Source of the DNA: an uncultured Bacteroidota bacterium
GTDB lineage: Bacteria; Bacteroidota; Bacteroidia; Flavobacteriales_F; PHOS-HE28
Reading direction: 5' to 3'
Assembly: GCA_902825795.1 (NCBI GenBank)
Contig: CADECG010000001.1
Coordinates: 1,476-65,475 of the forward strand
DNA length: 64,000 bases
Below the pieces are notes generated by a model. That model had not been told where the DNA came from, did not search any database, and saw only the letters and a program-made list of their open reading frames with translations. Below are positions 16,759-26,100 of this stretch, piece after piece; the stretch's first letter is position 1, and every line of letters starts with the position of its first letter. A program made the translations under genes and the position numbers.

Positions 16759-17439
16759 ATGGCCCGTCAAGGACTCTTCGGTTCCTCCCTCGTCAAGAAG
16801 TACTGGATGGCCCTCACGGGCCTTTTCCTTATCACGTTCCTGGTGGTGCACGCCGCCGTGAACGCCATGATCTTCTGGAACGACGGGGGCGTCACCTTCA
16901 ACACGGTGGCGCACTTCTTCGGTAGCAACATCCTGATCCGCACGATGGAGATCGTGCTCTTCATCGGCCTCATTGCCCACATCGTTGACGGCCTGATGCT
17001 CTGGGCGCAGAACCGCGCAGCGCGTCCGGTGAAGTACGCCATGGAGAAGGGCAGCGCGAACCGTTCGTGGTACAGTGAATGGATGGGCTTGCTCGGTACC
17101 CTGCTGCTGCTCTTCCTGATCATGCACCTCTGGCACTTCTGGGTGCCAAGCAGGATCACCGGGCTAGAGGAGATAGCGGGCATGCCAGGACACCACAACC
17201 TCTACATCGAAATGGTGGAGGTCTTCGCAAGCCCGGTCCCGGTGGTGCTGTACGTGCTGGGCTGCATCAGCCTCTTCTGGCACTTGCTGCATGGATTCCA
17301 GAGCGCCTTCCAAAGTGTCGGCATCAATCACAAGCGCTACACGCCGATCATCAAGATGACGGGCGCGGTCTTCAGTCTCGTCATATCAGCGCTCTTCGCT
17401 TCGATGCCGGTGAGCATGTACTTCGGTTGGATCAAATGA
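16759..17439 (+). CDS. sdhC: Succinate dehydrogenase/fumarate reductase cytochrome b subunit (Bacteroidetes type)
   Basis: ATG 16759: MARQGLFGSSLVKKYWMALTGLFLITFLVVHAAVN... It has five predicted TM helices and sits directly upstream of sdhA/sdhB. Confidence 0.85.
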   Translation: MARQGLFGSSLVKKYWMALTGLFLITFLVVHAAVNAMIFWNDGGVTFNTVAHFFGSNILIRTMEIVLFIGLIAHIVDGLMLWAQNRAARPVKYAMEKGSANRSWYSEWMGLLGTLLLLFLIMHLWHFWVPSRITGLEEIAGMPGHHNLYIEMVEVFASPVPVVLYVLGCISLFWHLLHGFQSAFQSVGINHKRYTPIIKMTGAVFSLVISALFASMPVSMYFGWIK

Positions 17440-17445
17440 AAATGC

Positions 17446-17516
17446 GCCGCGAGCTTCCAGCCGCTAGCCACGAGCTTGTGCCGACCGGGGCAAGCTCGTG
17501 GCTAGTGGCTCGCGGC
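17446..17516. repeat. Long two-tier hairpin in the sdhC-sdhA spacer
   Basis: The inner stem is a perfect 15 bp, CTAGCCACGAGCTTG (17464-17478) / CAAGCTCGTGGCTAG (17491-17505), with a 12-nt loop. The outer stem is a perfect 9 bp, GCCGCGAGC (17446-17454) / GCTCGCGGC (17508-17516). Confidence 0.9.
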
Positions 17517-17542
17517 TCGAAGCTCTTCAGAACTCCTCGATC

Positions 17543-19561
17543 ATGTCAGTGAAACTCGACAGCAAGATCCCTCCAGGCCCCATCGATAAGAAGTGGACCG
17601 ATCACAAGGGGCATATCCGCATCGTCGCTCCAGCGAACAAGCGTCGCATCGACATCATAGTGGTGGGTACGGGCCTCGCTGGTGGCGCGGCAGCCGCATC
17701 GCTCGCGGAGATGGGCTACAACGTGAAGGCGTTCTGCTTCCAGGACAGCGCCCGTCGCGCGCACAGCATCGCCGCGCAAGGCGGGATCAACGCCGCGAAG
17801 AATTACCAGAACGACGGCGATAGCACCTACCGCCTGTTCTACGACACCGTGAAAGGCGGTGACTACCGGGCGCGAGAAGCCAACGTCTATCGCCTCGCTG
17901 AGGTCAGCGCGAACATCATCGATCAGTGCGTGGCGCAAGGCGTGCCCTTCGCCCGCGACTACGGTGGTTTGCTCGACAACCGCTCCTTCGGTGGCGTGCA
18001 AGTGAGCCGCACCTTCTACGCCCGCGGGCAGACCGGTCAGCAGTTGTTGCTCGGAGCTTACAGCGCGCTGATGCGCCAAGTCGGCAAGGGCGCGGTGCAG
18101 ATGTACGATCGTCACGAGATGCTCGATGTGGTCGTGGTTGATGGCAAGGCGCGTGGCATCATCGCCCGCAACCTCATCACCGGCGAGATCGAGCGGCACG
18201 GCGCGCACGCCGTACTGCTCTGCACCGGCGGTTACGGCAACGTGTTCTTCCTGAGCACGAACGCCATGGGCAGCAACGTCACGGCGGCATGGAAGGCGCA
18301 CAAGCGTGGTGCCTACTTCGGCAACCCCTGCTACACGCAGATCCACCCGACGTGCATCCCGGTGAGCGGCACGCACCAGAGCAAGCTCACGCTGATGAGC
18401 GAATCGCTCCGGAACGATGGCCGCATCTGGGTGCCGAAGAACATCGATGACGCGAAGGCGATCCGCGATGGCAAGAAGAAAGGCAGCGACATCGCTGAGG
18501 GTGATCGCGACTATTACTTGGAACGCCGCTACCCGGCTTTCGGGAACCTGGTGCCGCGCGATGTGGCCAGCCGTGCCGCGAAGGAGCGTTGCGATGCAGG
18601 CTACGGCGTGAACAAGACCGGCGAGGCCGTGTACCTCGATTTCAGCGCGGCCATCGAGCGCTACGGCAAGCTCGAAGCGAACGTGAAGAAGATCGAGAAC
18701 GCGAGCAAGGAGAAGATCATCGAACTCGGTCGCGCTGTCGTGAGCGAGAAGTATGGCAACCTCTTCGACATGTACGAGAACATCGTCGGCGAGAACCCCT
18801 ACGACCACGCGATGAAGATCTACCCGGCCGTACACTACACCATGGGCGGCCTGTGGGTGGACTACAACTTGCAGACCACCGTACCCGGCCTCTTCTGCTT
18901 GGGCGAAGCGAACTTCAGCGATCACGGCGCGAACCGCCTCGGTGCATCAGCCTTGATGCAAGGCCTGGCCGATGGCTACTTCGTGATCCCCTACACCGTG
19001 GGTGATTACCTCGCGGATGACATCCGCACCGGACCGATCGACACGAAGCGGCCGGAGTTCGACGCTGCGGAGAAGGAGCAGAAGGACCGCATCAACCACT
19101 TCCTCAACAACAAGGGCACGAAGCCTGTGGATGATTTCCACCGTCGCCTCGGCAAGGTGATGTGGGACAAGTGCGGCATGGCGCGCAATGCGCAAGGCTT
19201 GCAGGAAGCGATCACGGAGATCCGCCAGATCCGTGAAGAGTTCTACCGCGATGTGCGTGTTCCGGGCAAGGGCAGTGAGTTCAATCAGGAACTGGAGAAG
19301 GCCGGTCGCGTGGCCGACTTCCTGGAACTAGGCGAGCTGATGTGCGTGGATGCCCTTAACCGCAACGAAAGCTGTGGGGGCCACTTCCGCGAGGAGTACG
19401 CGGAAACAGATGGGCCGCAGCAGGGTGAAGCCAAACGTGACGATGCCAACTACGCTTACGTGGCGGCTTGGGAGTGGACCGGTGATGCCGGCAAGGCGAA
19501 CCTGCACAAGGAGGCGCTGGAATTCAACGAGGTGAAACTGACGCAGAGGAGCTACAAGTAG
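17543..19561 (+). CDS. sdhA: Succinate dehydrogenase/fumarate reductase flavoprotein subunit
   Basis: ATG 17543. FAD-binding motif [17 protein letters not shown], plus [17 protein letters not shown] and [10 protein letters not shown]. Confidence 0.95.
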   Translation: MSVKLDSKIPPGPIDKKWTDHKGHIRIVAPANKRRIDIIVVGTGLAGGAAAASLAEMGYNVKAFCFQDSARRAHSIAAQGGINAAKNYQNDGDSTYRLFYDTVKGGDYRAREANVYRLAEVSANIIDQCVAQGVPFARDYGGLLDNRSFGGVQVSRTFYARGQTGQQLLLGAYSALMRQVGKGAVQMYDRHEMLDVVVVDGKARGIIARNLITGEIERHGAHAVLLCTGGYGNVFFLSTNAMGSNVTAAWKAHKRGAYFGNPCYTQIHPTCIPVSGTHQSKLTLMSESLRNDGRIWVPKNIDDAKAIRDGKKKGSDIAEGDRDYYLERRYPAFGNLVPRDVASRAAKERCDAGYGVNKTGEAVYLDFSAAIERYGKLEANVKKIENASKEKIIELGRAVVSEKYGNLFDMYENIVGENPYDHAMKIYPAVHYTMGGLWVDYNLQTTVPGLFCLGEANFSDHGANRLGASALMQGLADGYFVIPYTVGDYLADDIRTGPIDTKRPEFDAAEKEQKDRINHFLNNKGTKPVDDFHRRLGKVMWDKCGMARNAQGLQEAITEIRQIREEFYRDVRVPGKGSEFNQELEKAGRVADFLELGELMCVDALNRNESCGGHFREEYAETDGPQQGEAKRDDANYAYVAAWEWTGDAGKANLHKEALEFNEVKLTQRSYK

Positions 19562-20103
19562 TGAATGGCGAATGGGAGTTGGTGAATGGGAGCACTGATG
19601 GACATGGATACTGAGCGTTTGGAAGACTTCAACGGGATCTGCGTTGAGGAGCCTGCTGCGCCATACGGTGCCGTACAGAGCTTCCGCGATCTGATCGTGT
19701 GGCAGCATGCGATGGAAGTAACCCAACTCGTCTATGCCTTCGCGTCCAAGTTGCCGAGCGATGAACGTTTCGGTTTGGTGAGCCAGATGTGCAGGGCGGC
19801 TGTTTCCGTTCCATCGAATATCGCCGAAGGATGGGGCCGTGGAACGAATCGCGACCGACAACTGCTGAACTACCTGCGGATCGCGCGCGGTTCGCTCTTT
19901 GAACTGGAAACACAATTGGAGCTAGCGCCTCGGCTCTATCCGGAGCTCGGACTGGATCCCGCTCCGATCGCATCGCGCCTCACCTCGGTCGCGCGGATGC
20001 TGAACAAGATGATCTCCAAGATCGAGGAACGTCACGAATTGATGCGCAAGGAACATGGCAAGTGAGCTTCTGCCCATTCGCCATTCACCAATGACCATTC
20101 ACC
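19561..20103 (+). mobile_element. Putative IVS-like insertion cassette: a four-helix-bundle gene bracketed by inverted repeats, filling the sdhA-sdhB spacer
   Basis: GTGAATGGCGAATGGG (19561-19576) is the exact reverse complement of CCCATTCGCCATTCAC (20073-20088). A second pair is GGTGAATGG (19581-19589) / CCATTCACC (20095-20103). The cassette starts on the last base of the sdhA stop codon and ends 2 nt before the sdhB ATG. Confidence 0.45.
19586..20065 (+). CDS. Four-helix-bundle protein (23S rRNA intervening-sequence protein / Avd family)
   Basis: ..FRDLIVWQHAMEVTQLVYAFASKLPSDERFGLVSQMCRAAVSVPSNIAEGWGRGTNRDRQLLNYLRIARGSLFELETQLELA.. matches the family signature (f.dL.vWq.a......P..E...L..Q..RAa.Si.sNIAEG..R....f...A.GS..El.tql). 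Confidence 0.85.
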   Translation: MGALMDMDTERLEDFNGICVEEPAAPYGAVQSFRDLIVWQHAMEVTQLVYAFASKLPSDERFGLVSQMCRAAVSVPSNIAEGWGRGTNRDRQLLNYLRIARGSLFELETQLELAPRLYPELGLDPAPIASRLTSVARMLNKMISKIEERHELMRKEHGK

Positions 20104-20104
20104 A

Positions 20105-20854
20105 ATGAAACTCAATCTCAAGATCTGGCGCCAGAGCGGGCCGAACGACAAGGGCGCCATGAAGGACTACCCGGTGAAGGACGTCTCCGAGGATATGAGC
20201 TTCCTCGAGATGCTTGACGTTCTCAACGACGACATCGTGCGCAAGGGCGAGGATCCCATCGCGTTCGATCATGATTGCCGCGAGGGCATCTGCGGATCAT
20301 GCAGCCTCTTCATCAATGGCGAGGCGCACGGCCCGGGCAAGGGCATCACCACCTGCCAGTTGCACATGCGGCGATTCAAGGATGGCGATACGATCCACGT
20401 GGAGCCTTGGCGTGCGCAGGCGTTCCCTGTCATCAAGGATCTGGCGACCAACCGTAGCGCCTTCGATCGCATCCAGGCGGCTGGCGGCTTCGTGAGCATC
20501 AACACCAGCGGTAATCTCGTTGATGGCAACGCAGTGCCTATTCCCAAGGACGATGCCGACAAGGCCTTCGACGCTGCGACCTGCATCGGTTGTGGTGCCT
20601 GTGTGGCCACCTGCCCGAACGGCTCCGCTATGTTGTTCACCGCGGCGAAAGTCTCGCAGCTCTCACTGCTGCCCCAAGGCAAGCCGGAGAGCAAGCGCCG
20701 TGCACTGGCCATGGTGGAGCAGATGGACAAAGAGGGTTTTGGCAACTGTAGCAACACCGGCGCGTGCGAGATCGAGTGCCCGAAGAACATCAGCTTGGAG
20801 CATATCGCGCGGTTGAACAGGGAGTACTTGGCGGCGACGGTGACGAAGGAGTAG
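20105..20854 (+). CDS. sdhB: Succinate dehydrogenase/fumarate reductase iron-sulfur subunit
   Basis: The 2Fe-2S block is [14 protein letters not shown]. The 4Fe-4S/3Fe-4S blocks are [14 protein letters not shown] and [13 protein letters not shown]. Confidence 0.95.
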   Translation: MKLNLKIWRQSGPNDKGAMKDYPVKDVSEDMSFLEMLDVLNDDIVRKGEDPIAFDHDCREGICGSCSLFINGEAHGPGKGITTCQLHMRRFKDGDTIHVEPWRAQAFPVIKDLATNRSAFDRIQAAGGFVSINTSGNLVDGNAVPIPKDDADKAFDAATCIGCGACVATCPNGSAMLFTAAKVSQLSLLPQGKPESKRRALAMVEQMDKEGFGNCSNTGACEIECPKNISLEHIARLNREYLAATVTKE

Positions 20855-20863
20855 TTTGGCAGA

Positions 20864-21205
20864 ATGTCGTCAGTTACGCTGGCTTGTTTCCGCTGTAGGT
20901 CGGCTCGTCGTCTTGCCCTAGTGGAGCAATCCCGTTCGTGTCCGGTCTGTGGGAATGAGATGAGCAACCTCGGTACCAAGCTTCGGGTCCCGACCAAGGA
21001 TGATGTGAAGGGATGGACCAATCTGGAAAAGCTCGTACGTACTGAAGCTGATCGACAGTTTGAGGAGCAACTTCGAGCTAAGGAAATGCATCGAGCGGCG
21101 TTGCGAACGGAGATCAAGAAGATGCGTGCGCGACCGGAAACGAAAGGAAGGACAGCGGAAATTGAGAAGCTTGAATTGGAACTGAAGCGACTCATTGGCA
21201 AGTGA
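20864..21205 (+). CDS. Small hypothetical zinc-ribbon (CxxC..CxxC) plus coiled-coil protein
   Basis: MSSVTLACFRCRSARRL..SCPVCGNEM.., then a Lys/Glu/Arg-rich helix (..EIKKMRARPETKGRTAEIEKLELELKRLIGK). Third-position GC is visibly lower than in the flanking genes. Its stop overlaps the GTG start of the next gene (GTGA). Confidence 0.6.
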   Translation: MSSVTLACFRCRSARRLALVEQSRSCPVCGNEMSNLGTKLRVPTKDDVKGWTNLEKLVRTEADRQFEEQLRAKEMHRAALRTEIKKMRARPETKGRTAEIEKLELELKRLIGK

Positions 21206-22341
21206 TTCAGAGCAAACTCCCTCACGTCGGCACCACCATTTTCACGGTGATGAGCAAGCTGGCGGCCGAGTGCGGCGCCATCAACCTCAGCCAAGGTTTT
21301 CCGGATTTCCCGATCGACGACAAGTTGAGCGAGTTGGTGAACGCCGCCATGCGTGCGGGTCACAACCAGTACGCGCCGATGCCCGGCCTACCCGGATTGC
21401 GCGAAGCGATCGCGGCCAAGGTGGAGCGGCTCTATGGCTTCCGCTATGATCCGGACACCGAAGTGACGGTGGCGTCCGGTGGCACACAGGCCATCTTCAC
21501 GGCCATCGGTGCGGTCGTTCATCCGGGCGATGAAGTGATAATCGTGGACCCCGCCTACGACTGCTACTCGCCTACGGTGGAGCTCTTCGGCGGCAAGCCG
21601 GTGCACGTGCGCCTTGGTACCGACATGAAGTTCGATGCGGATGCGGTCGCGCAAGCGATCACCCCGAAGACGCGTATGCTGATGATCAACACGCCTCACA
21701 ATCCGGCGGGCACCATCCTGCGCGATGCCGACATGCGGCGCATCATCGAGATGCTGCGCGGCACGGACATCATCCTGCTGAGCGACGAGGTGTACGAGCA
21801 CCTCGTCTTTGATGGCGAGCCGCACGCTTCGGCGATCAACTACCCGGAATTGCGCGAACGGGCCTTCGTGATCTTCAGTTTCGGCAAGGTCTTCCATACC
21901 ACCGGCTGGAAGATGGGCTACGCGCTCGCACCGAAGGAAATGATGACCGAGTTCCGGAAAGTGCACCAGTTCAATGTCTTCAGCGCGAACACGCCGATAC
22001 AGCACGCACTCGCGGCCTACATGAAGGAACCGGCGAACTACGAAGCGGTGCCTTCCTTCTACCAAGCCAAGCGAGACCGCTTTGCGAACGGCATGTCGAA
22101 GTCGCGCTTCAAGTTGTTGCCTTGCGAAGGCTCCTATTTCCAGGTGGCCGACTACAGCGCTATCAGCACGGAGGACGATATGACATTCGCGCAACGCGTG
22201 GCGCGTGGGTTCGGCGTGGCGACGATCCCGCTCTCACCGTTCTACAAGGAGCCGCCGATGAACCAGCGCCTCTTGCGCTTCTGCTTCGCCAAGCAGGACG
22301 CTACCTTGGACGCAGCCATCGAGAAGCTATGCAGGATCTGA
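21202..22341 (+). CDS. Class I/II pyridoxal-phosphate aminotransferase (YbdL / glutamine-transaminase-K-like)
   Basis: GTG start: MIQSKLPHVGTTIFTVMSKLAAECGAINLSQGFPDFP..NQYAPMPG...SFGKVFHTTGWKMGY (PLP lysine block). Confidence 0.85.
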   Translation: MIQSKLPHVGTTIFTVMSKLAAECGAINLSQGFPDFPIDDKLSELVNAAMRAGHNQYAPMPGLPGLREAIAAKVERLYGFRYDPDTEVTVASGGTQAIFTAIGAVVHPGDEVIIVDPAYDCYSPTVELFGGKPVHVRLGTDMKFDADAVAQAITPKTRMLMINTPHNPAGTILRDADMRRIIEMLRGTDIILLSDEVYEHLVFDGEPHASAINYPELRERAFVIFSFGKVFHTTGWKMGYALAPKEMMTEFRKVHQFNVFSANTPIQHALAAYMKEPANYEAVPSFYQAKRDRFANGMSKSRFKLLPCEGSYFQVADYSAISTEDDMTFAQRVARGFGVATIPLSPFYKEPPMNQRLLRFCFAKQDATLDAAIEKLCRI

Positions 22342-23108
22342 GGGTGACGCTTGTACAGAGCATGCTCCACTGGGAGGATGCGGCGGCGAACCGTGCGATG
22401 TTCGGCCAGAAACTCGCCGCGTTGAAGGGCACGACGGATCTCATCGTGCTACCGGAGATGTTCACCACCGGCTTCAGCATGCGCAGTACGGATCTAGCTG
22501 AGACGATTGAGGGCGCCACGGTGCAATGGATGCGCGAACAAGCGGCGGCAACCAACGCTGCGCTTTATGGCAGTACCATCATCACGGCGAATGGCAAGTA
22601 CTTCAACCGCGGGCTTTTCGTTCGGCCCGATGGACAAGTCACGGTGTATGACAAGCGCCACCTCTTCCGCTTCGCGAACGAGAACGAGCACTATGCGCCC
22701 GGAGCCGAACGCGTTGTTGTGGAATGGCGCGGATGGCGCTTCCTGCTGCAAGTGTGCTTCGATCTGCGCTTCCCGGTCTTTGCGCGCAACCGAGACGACT
22801 ACGACGCGATCCTCTATGTAGCCAACTGGCCGGAAGCGCGTCGCTATCCATGGAGCCAGTTGTTGATCGCCCGCGCGATCGAGAACCAGTGTTACGTGGT
22901 CGGTGCGAACCGCGTGGGCATGGATGGCAAGGGAATGCACTACACGGGCGATTCGGTGGTTATCGATCCGCGTGGTGCGGTGATCGGAAGCGTGGAGCCT
23001 TCCCAAGAAGGAGCCGCAACCGTTGCACTCGACTACGCATCATTGGAGGATTTCCGGGAGAAGTTCCCGGTGGCGAAGGACGCGGACGAGTTCAGCCTAG
23101 GGCTCTAG
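22329..23108 (+). CDS. Carbon-nitrogen hydrolase (omega-amidase, YafV/NIT2-like)
   Basis: ATG 22329 (MQDLRVTLVQSMLHWED..). The catalytic E-K-C blocks are VLPEMF, YDKRHLF and FLLQVCFDLRFP. It overlaps the aminotransferase stop by 13 nt. Confidence 0.85.
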   Translation: MQDLRVTLVQSMLHWEDAAANRAMFGQKLAALKGTTDLIVLPEMFTTGFSMRSTDLAETIEGATVQWMREQAAATNAALYGSTIITANGKYFNRGLFVRPDGQVTVYDKRHLFRFANENEHYAPGAERVVVEWRGWRFLLQVCFDLRFPVFARNRDDYDAILYVANWPEARRYPWSQLLIARAIENQCYVVGANRVGMDGKGMHYTGDSVVIDPRGAVIGSVEPSQEGAATVALDYASLEDFREKFPVAKDADEFSLGL

Positions 23109-26100
23109 CGCAGTACCGTGACGTGGCCCGTTTGGCTGATCTCGCGGCCCACTGTTCCGTCCACGTCTTCCAGCAAGCGGTACGTCATCCGCCACACGTA
23201 GACTTCGTTGGGCAACTGTGCGCCGTTCACGGTGCCATCCCAACCCACACCGGGCCGGTCGGTTTCCCAGAACACATTGCCGTAGCGGTCGAACACGCGC
23301 ATCGTCAACTCGGCGATGTTCTTGCCAACGGCCATGAACAGATCGTTCACGCCATCTCCATCAGGGGTGAAGGTGTTGGGGACATAGATGGCGGCCGGGC
23401 AGAACTCGTTCACCACGGCGCTGTCCACGGCGCTGCAATCGAACTCGTTGGTCACGGTAACGAAATACCAACCGTACGCGCCTGCGAATGTCACTTGGTT
23501 GGTGTCGCCATGGCTCCACACGAAGCCGCTTCCAGGGTTGCCCGCATCAATGGGGACGTAGTTGGGTGATTCATCCAAACAGACGAAGAACTGGTGCGCG
23601 GCCATGCTCACCGGACTGGGGTTGAAGACGACACTGATCGCATCTTGCGTGGCACAATAGCCGTTGTTCACGGTAACGCTGTAGCTATTGCTGCTGGTAA
23701 CGTCCAGCATCTGCGTTGCTGCACCCGTGCTCCATTGGAACGTCGCTCCGGTGTTACCCGCATCCAATGTGAGCACCTGCCCATCGCAGAGCACGGTATC
23801 CGCACCCAGATCAACAACAGGATAGCCGACGAATGTCACATCGGCACTGAACGTGGCCTGGCAATCCGCAGCGTTCGTAACAACAACACTGTACGTGTTG
23901 CCTGTGACCGGGGTGATCGTTTGCGTAGTGGCGTTCGTGCTCCACAGGTAGGTGCTTCCCGGGTTGCCGGCATCGAGGGTGACCACGTCAGTGATGCACG
24001 CGGTGATGTCTTGCAGGTTGTTGACGGGCAACGGATGAAAGAGAACGTCGATGCTGTCGCGAACGGTGCAAGCGGTGTTGCTGACATCCACCCAGTAGGT
24101 GCCTGAAGCGCTGGGTGCAAGCGTCTGGCTTGTTGCATTGGTGCTCCAGAGGAAAGTCGCTCCAGCGTTGCCGGCATCAAGCATCAATGGTTGGCCCGCG
24201 CACAACGAGGTATCGTTGCCGAGGTCCACGACAGGTGGCTCGATAAGCGTGACAACAGCGTCAAACGTGCTTGTGCAGTTCTGTGGAGTGGTGACATCCA
24301 CCGTGTACGTGCCGGAAACCGGTGCGATGATGATCTGCGTGGTTGCGCTGGTGTTCCAACTGTAGGTGCATCCGGGATTGCCCGCGTTAAGCGCGGCGGT
24401 CTGGGTGCTGCACTGCGTTACATCCACCAAGTTGTCGAGGGGGTTCGCGTTGAAGGCTACGTGCACCGTGTCGGCATTCACGCAGCCGTTCGCATCGGTG
24501 ACGCTCACCCAATAGTCGTTGGTGGTGGCAACTGTTATCTGCTGTGTGGTCGCATTGGTGCTCCAGAGGACGCTGTTGCCTGGGCTGTTGGCGTTCAGCA
24601 CATGGCCTGCCGCACCGCACAGGGCGATATCGGGGCCAAGGCTAACTGCAGGCAACGGGTTCACCGTTACGTCGAACTCACGAATGGCTTCGCAGCCCAT
24701 GACATCGGTGATGGTCACCACATACAGACCGGTTGCATCCGCTATGATCGTTTGACTTGTCGCGTTGGTGTTCCAGAGGAAATCGTTTCCCGCATACCCT
24801 GCATCGAGCAACACGGTCTCACCTTGGCAGATGGCGGTATCGGGTGGTTGCACCAGATCATCGAAGGCCACGGTGATGCGTGTGCTGTCCGTGGCGTTGC
24901 ATCCGTTCGCGTCGGTGATGGTGACGATGTACAATGCGGAGGTATCGGCAAGGATCGTCGGGCTCTGGATATTGGCAGCGTTCAAGTTCGACGCTGGCGT
25001 CCAGAGGTATTGTGGTGCGGGTACGTTGTGTGTGACCGTCAGCGGCATGCCCAGCGCCGTGCAGACCGTATCACTCGGCGTGGCACTGAGCACATAGGGA
25101 ACGTTGGTGTTGATGGTGACACCTCCAGAGAGCGCGCAGCCGGTCAGTCCGTCGGTGACCGTAACGCTGTACGCGGTAGTACCGGGAAGTGTGGCCACAG
25201 GGTTCTGAGCATTCGAGCTATTGAGGGATGCCGCCGGTGTCCATGCGAATTGCAGGTTGGCACCACCGGTCACCGTTGCGCTCAACTGCACTTGGTCGCC
25301 GATACATACTTGGTTGTCGCTGGTGGTCACAACCAAATTGCTCATGTTGCCCACGGTGATGGTCACGCTCTCGTTCGCCGTGCAACCTTCGGGGGAAGTG
25401 GCATTCACTGTGTAGGTGGACGTACTGGACGGTGTGGCCATGGGCGCGGCGATCGTCGCATTGTTCAGCGTGCCGTTGTTTGGTAACCAGCTGAAGCTGT
25501 GGTTGCTGCCTGCGCTCGGCACAGCATTCAATTGCACCGGTTGAACAGCGCAAACCGTGGTATCGTTCGTAACCGCCAGAGTGAAAGGAGTTCCGACGGT
25601 GAACATCACCGAATCGCTGTAGACGCATTGCGTGAACGGATCCGTGGCATCCACTTTTACGAAGCCGCTGGCCGTTGGCCAAGCCAGCGGTTCGATCACT
25701 GTGGGATTACTCACGCTTGCCGCTGGGCTCCACAGATAGCTGAGCGTGGTATTGTCCCATGTACTGATCAGCACTTGGTCGATCGCCCATACATCCTGAC
25801 CCGCGCCGGTGCTGTTGGCTTGCTTCCACCTGAACTGGGTGTTCGCAGACATCATGGCGGCGGTGATGGGGACCGTGATCGGCGAAAAGACCGGGTACGA
25901 GGCTTCGTTGAATGAAGCAGCAATGGTCCACGGTCCGCCGTTCGCGGAATACTCGAGTGCCACATCCTCGCCGGGATCGGCATCCTCGCAGGGTGCAACA
26001 CCGTTAGCGATCTTCAAGGAGAACCGCACGGCACCGCCAGTGGACACGTTCATGGCGATCGTCGTCGCGGTGCGTGTACCCGCCCCATCGAAGAACAAAG

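Noticed and set aside
17546-18925. 459-aa minus-strand ORF opposite sdhA.
   Set aside because: The sdhA frame carries unmistakable flavoprotein motifs. The antisense ORF is a GC-bias artefact, low-complexity and rich in V/A/R/H.
19586-20065. The four-helix-bundle protein as the Avd component of a diversity-generating retroelement.
   Set aside because: The window contains no reverse transcriptase gene and no template/variable repeat pair. The IR-bounded intergenic context fits the IVS-type members better.
24191-25486. 431-aa plus-strand ORF and many other 100-300-aa ORFs on the plus strand within 23105..32863.
   Set aside because: They are antisense to the giant T9SS type B genes, whose frames show signal peptides, repeated domains and canonical CTDs.
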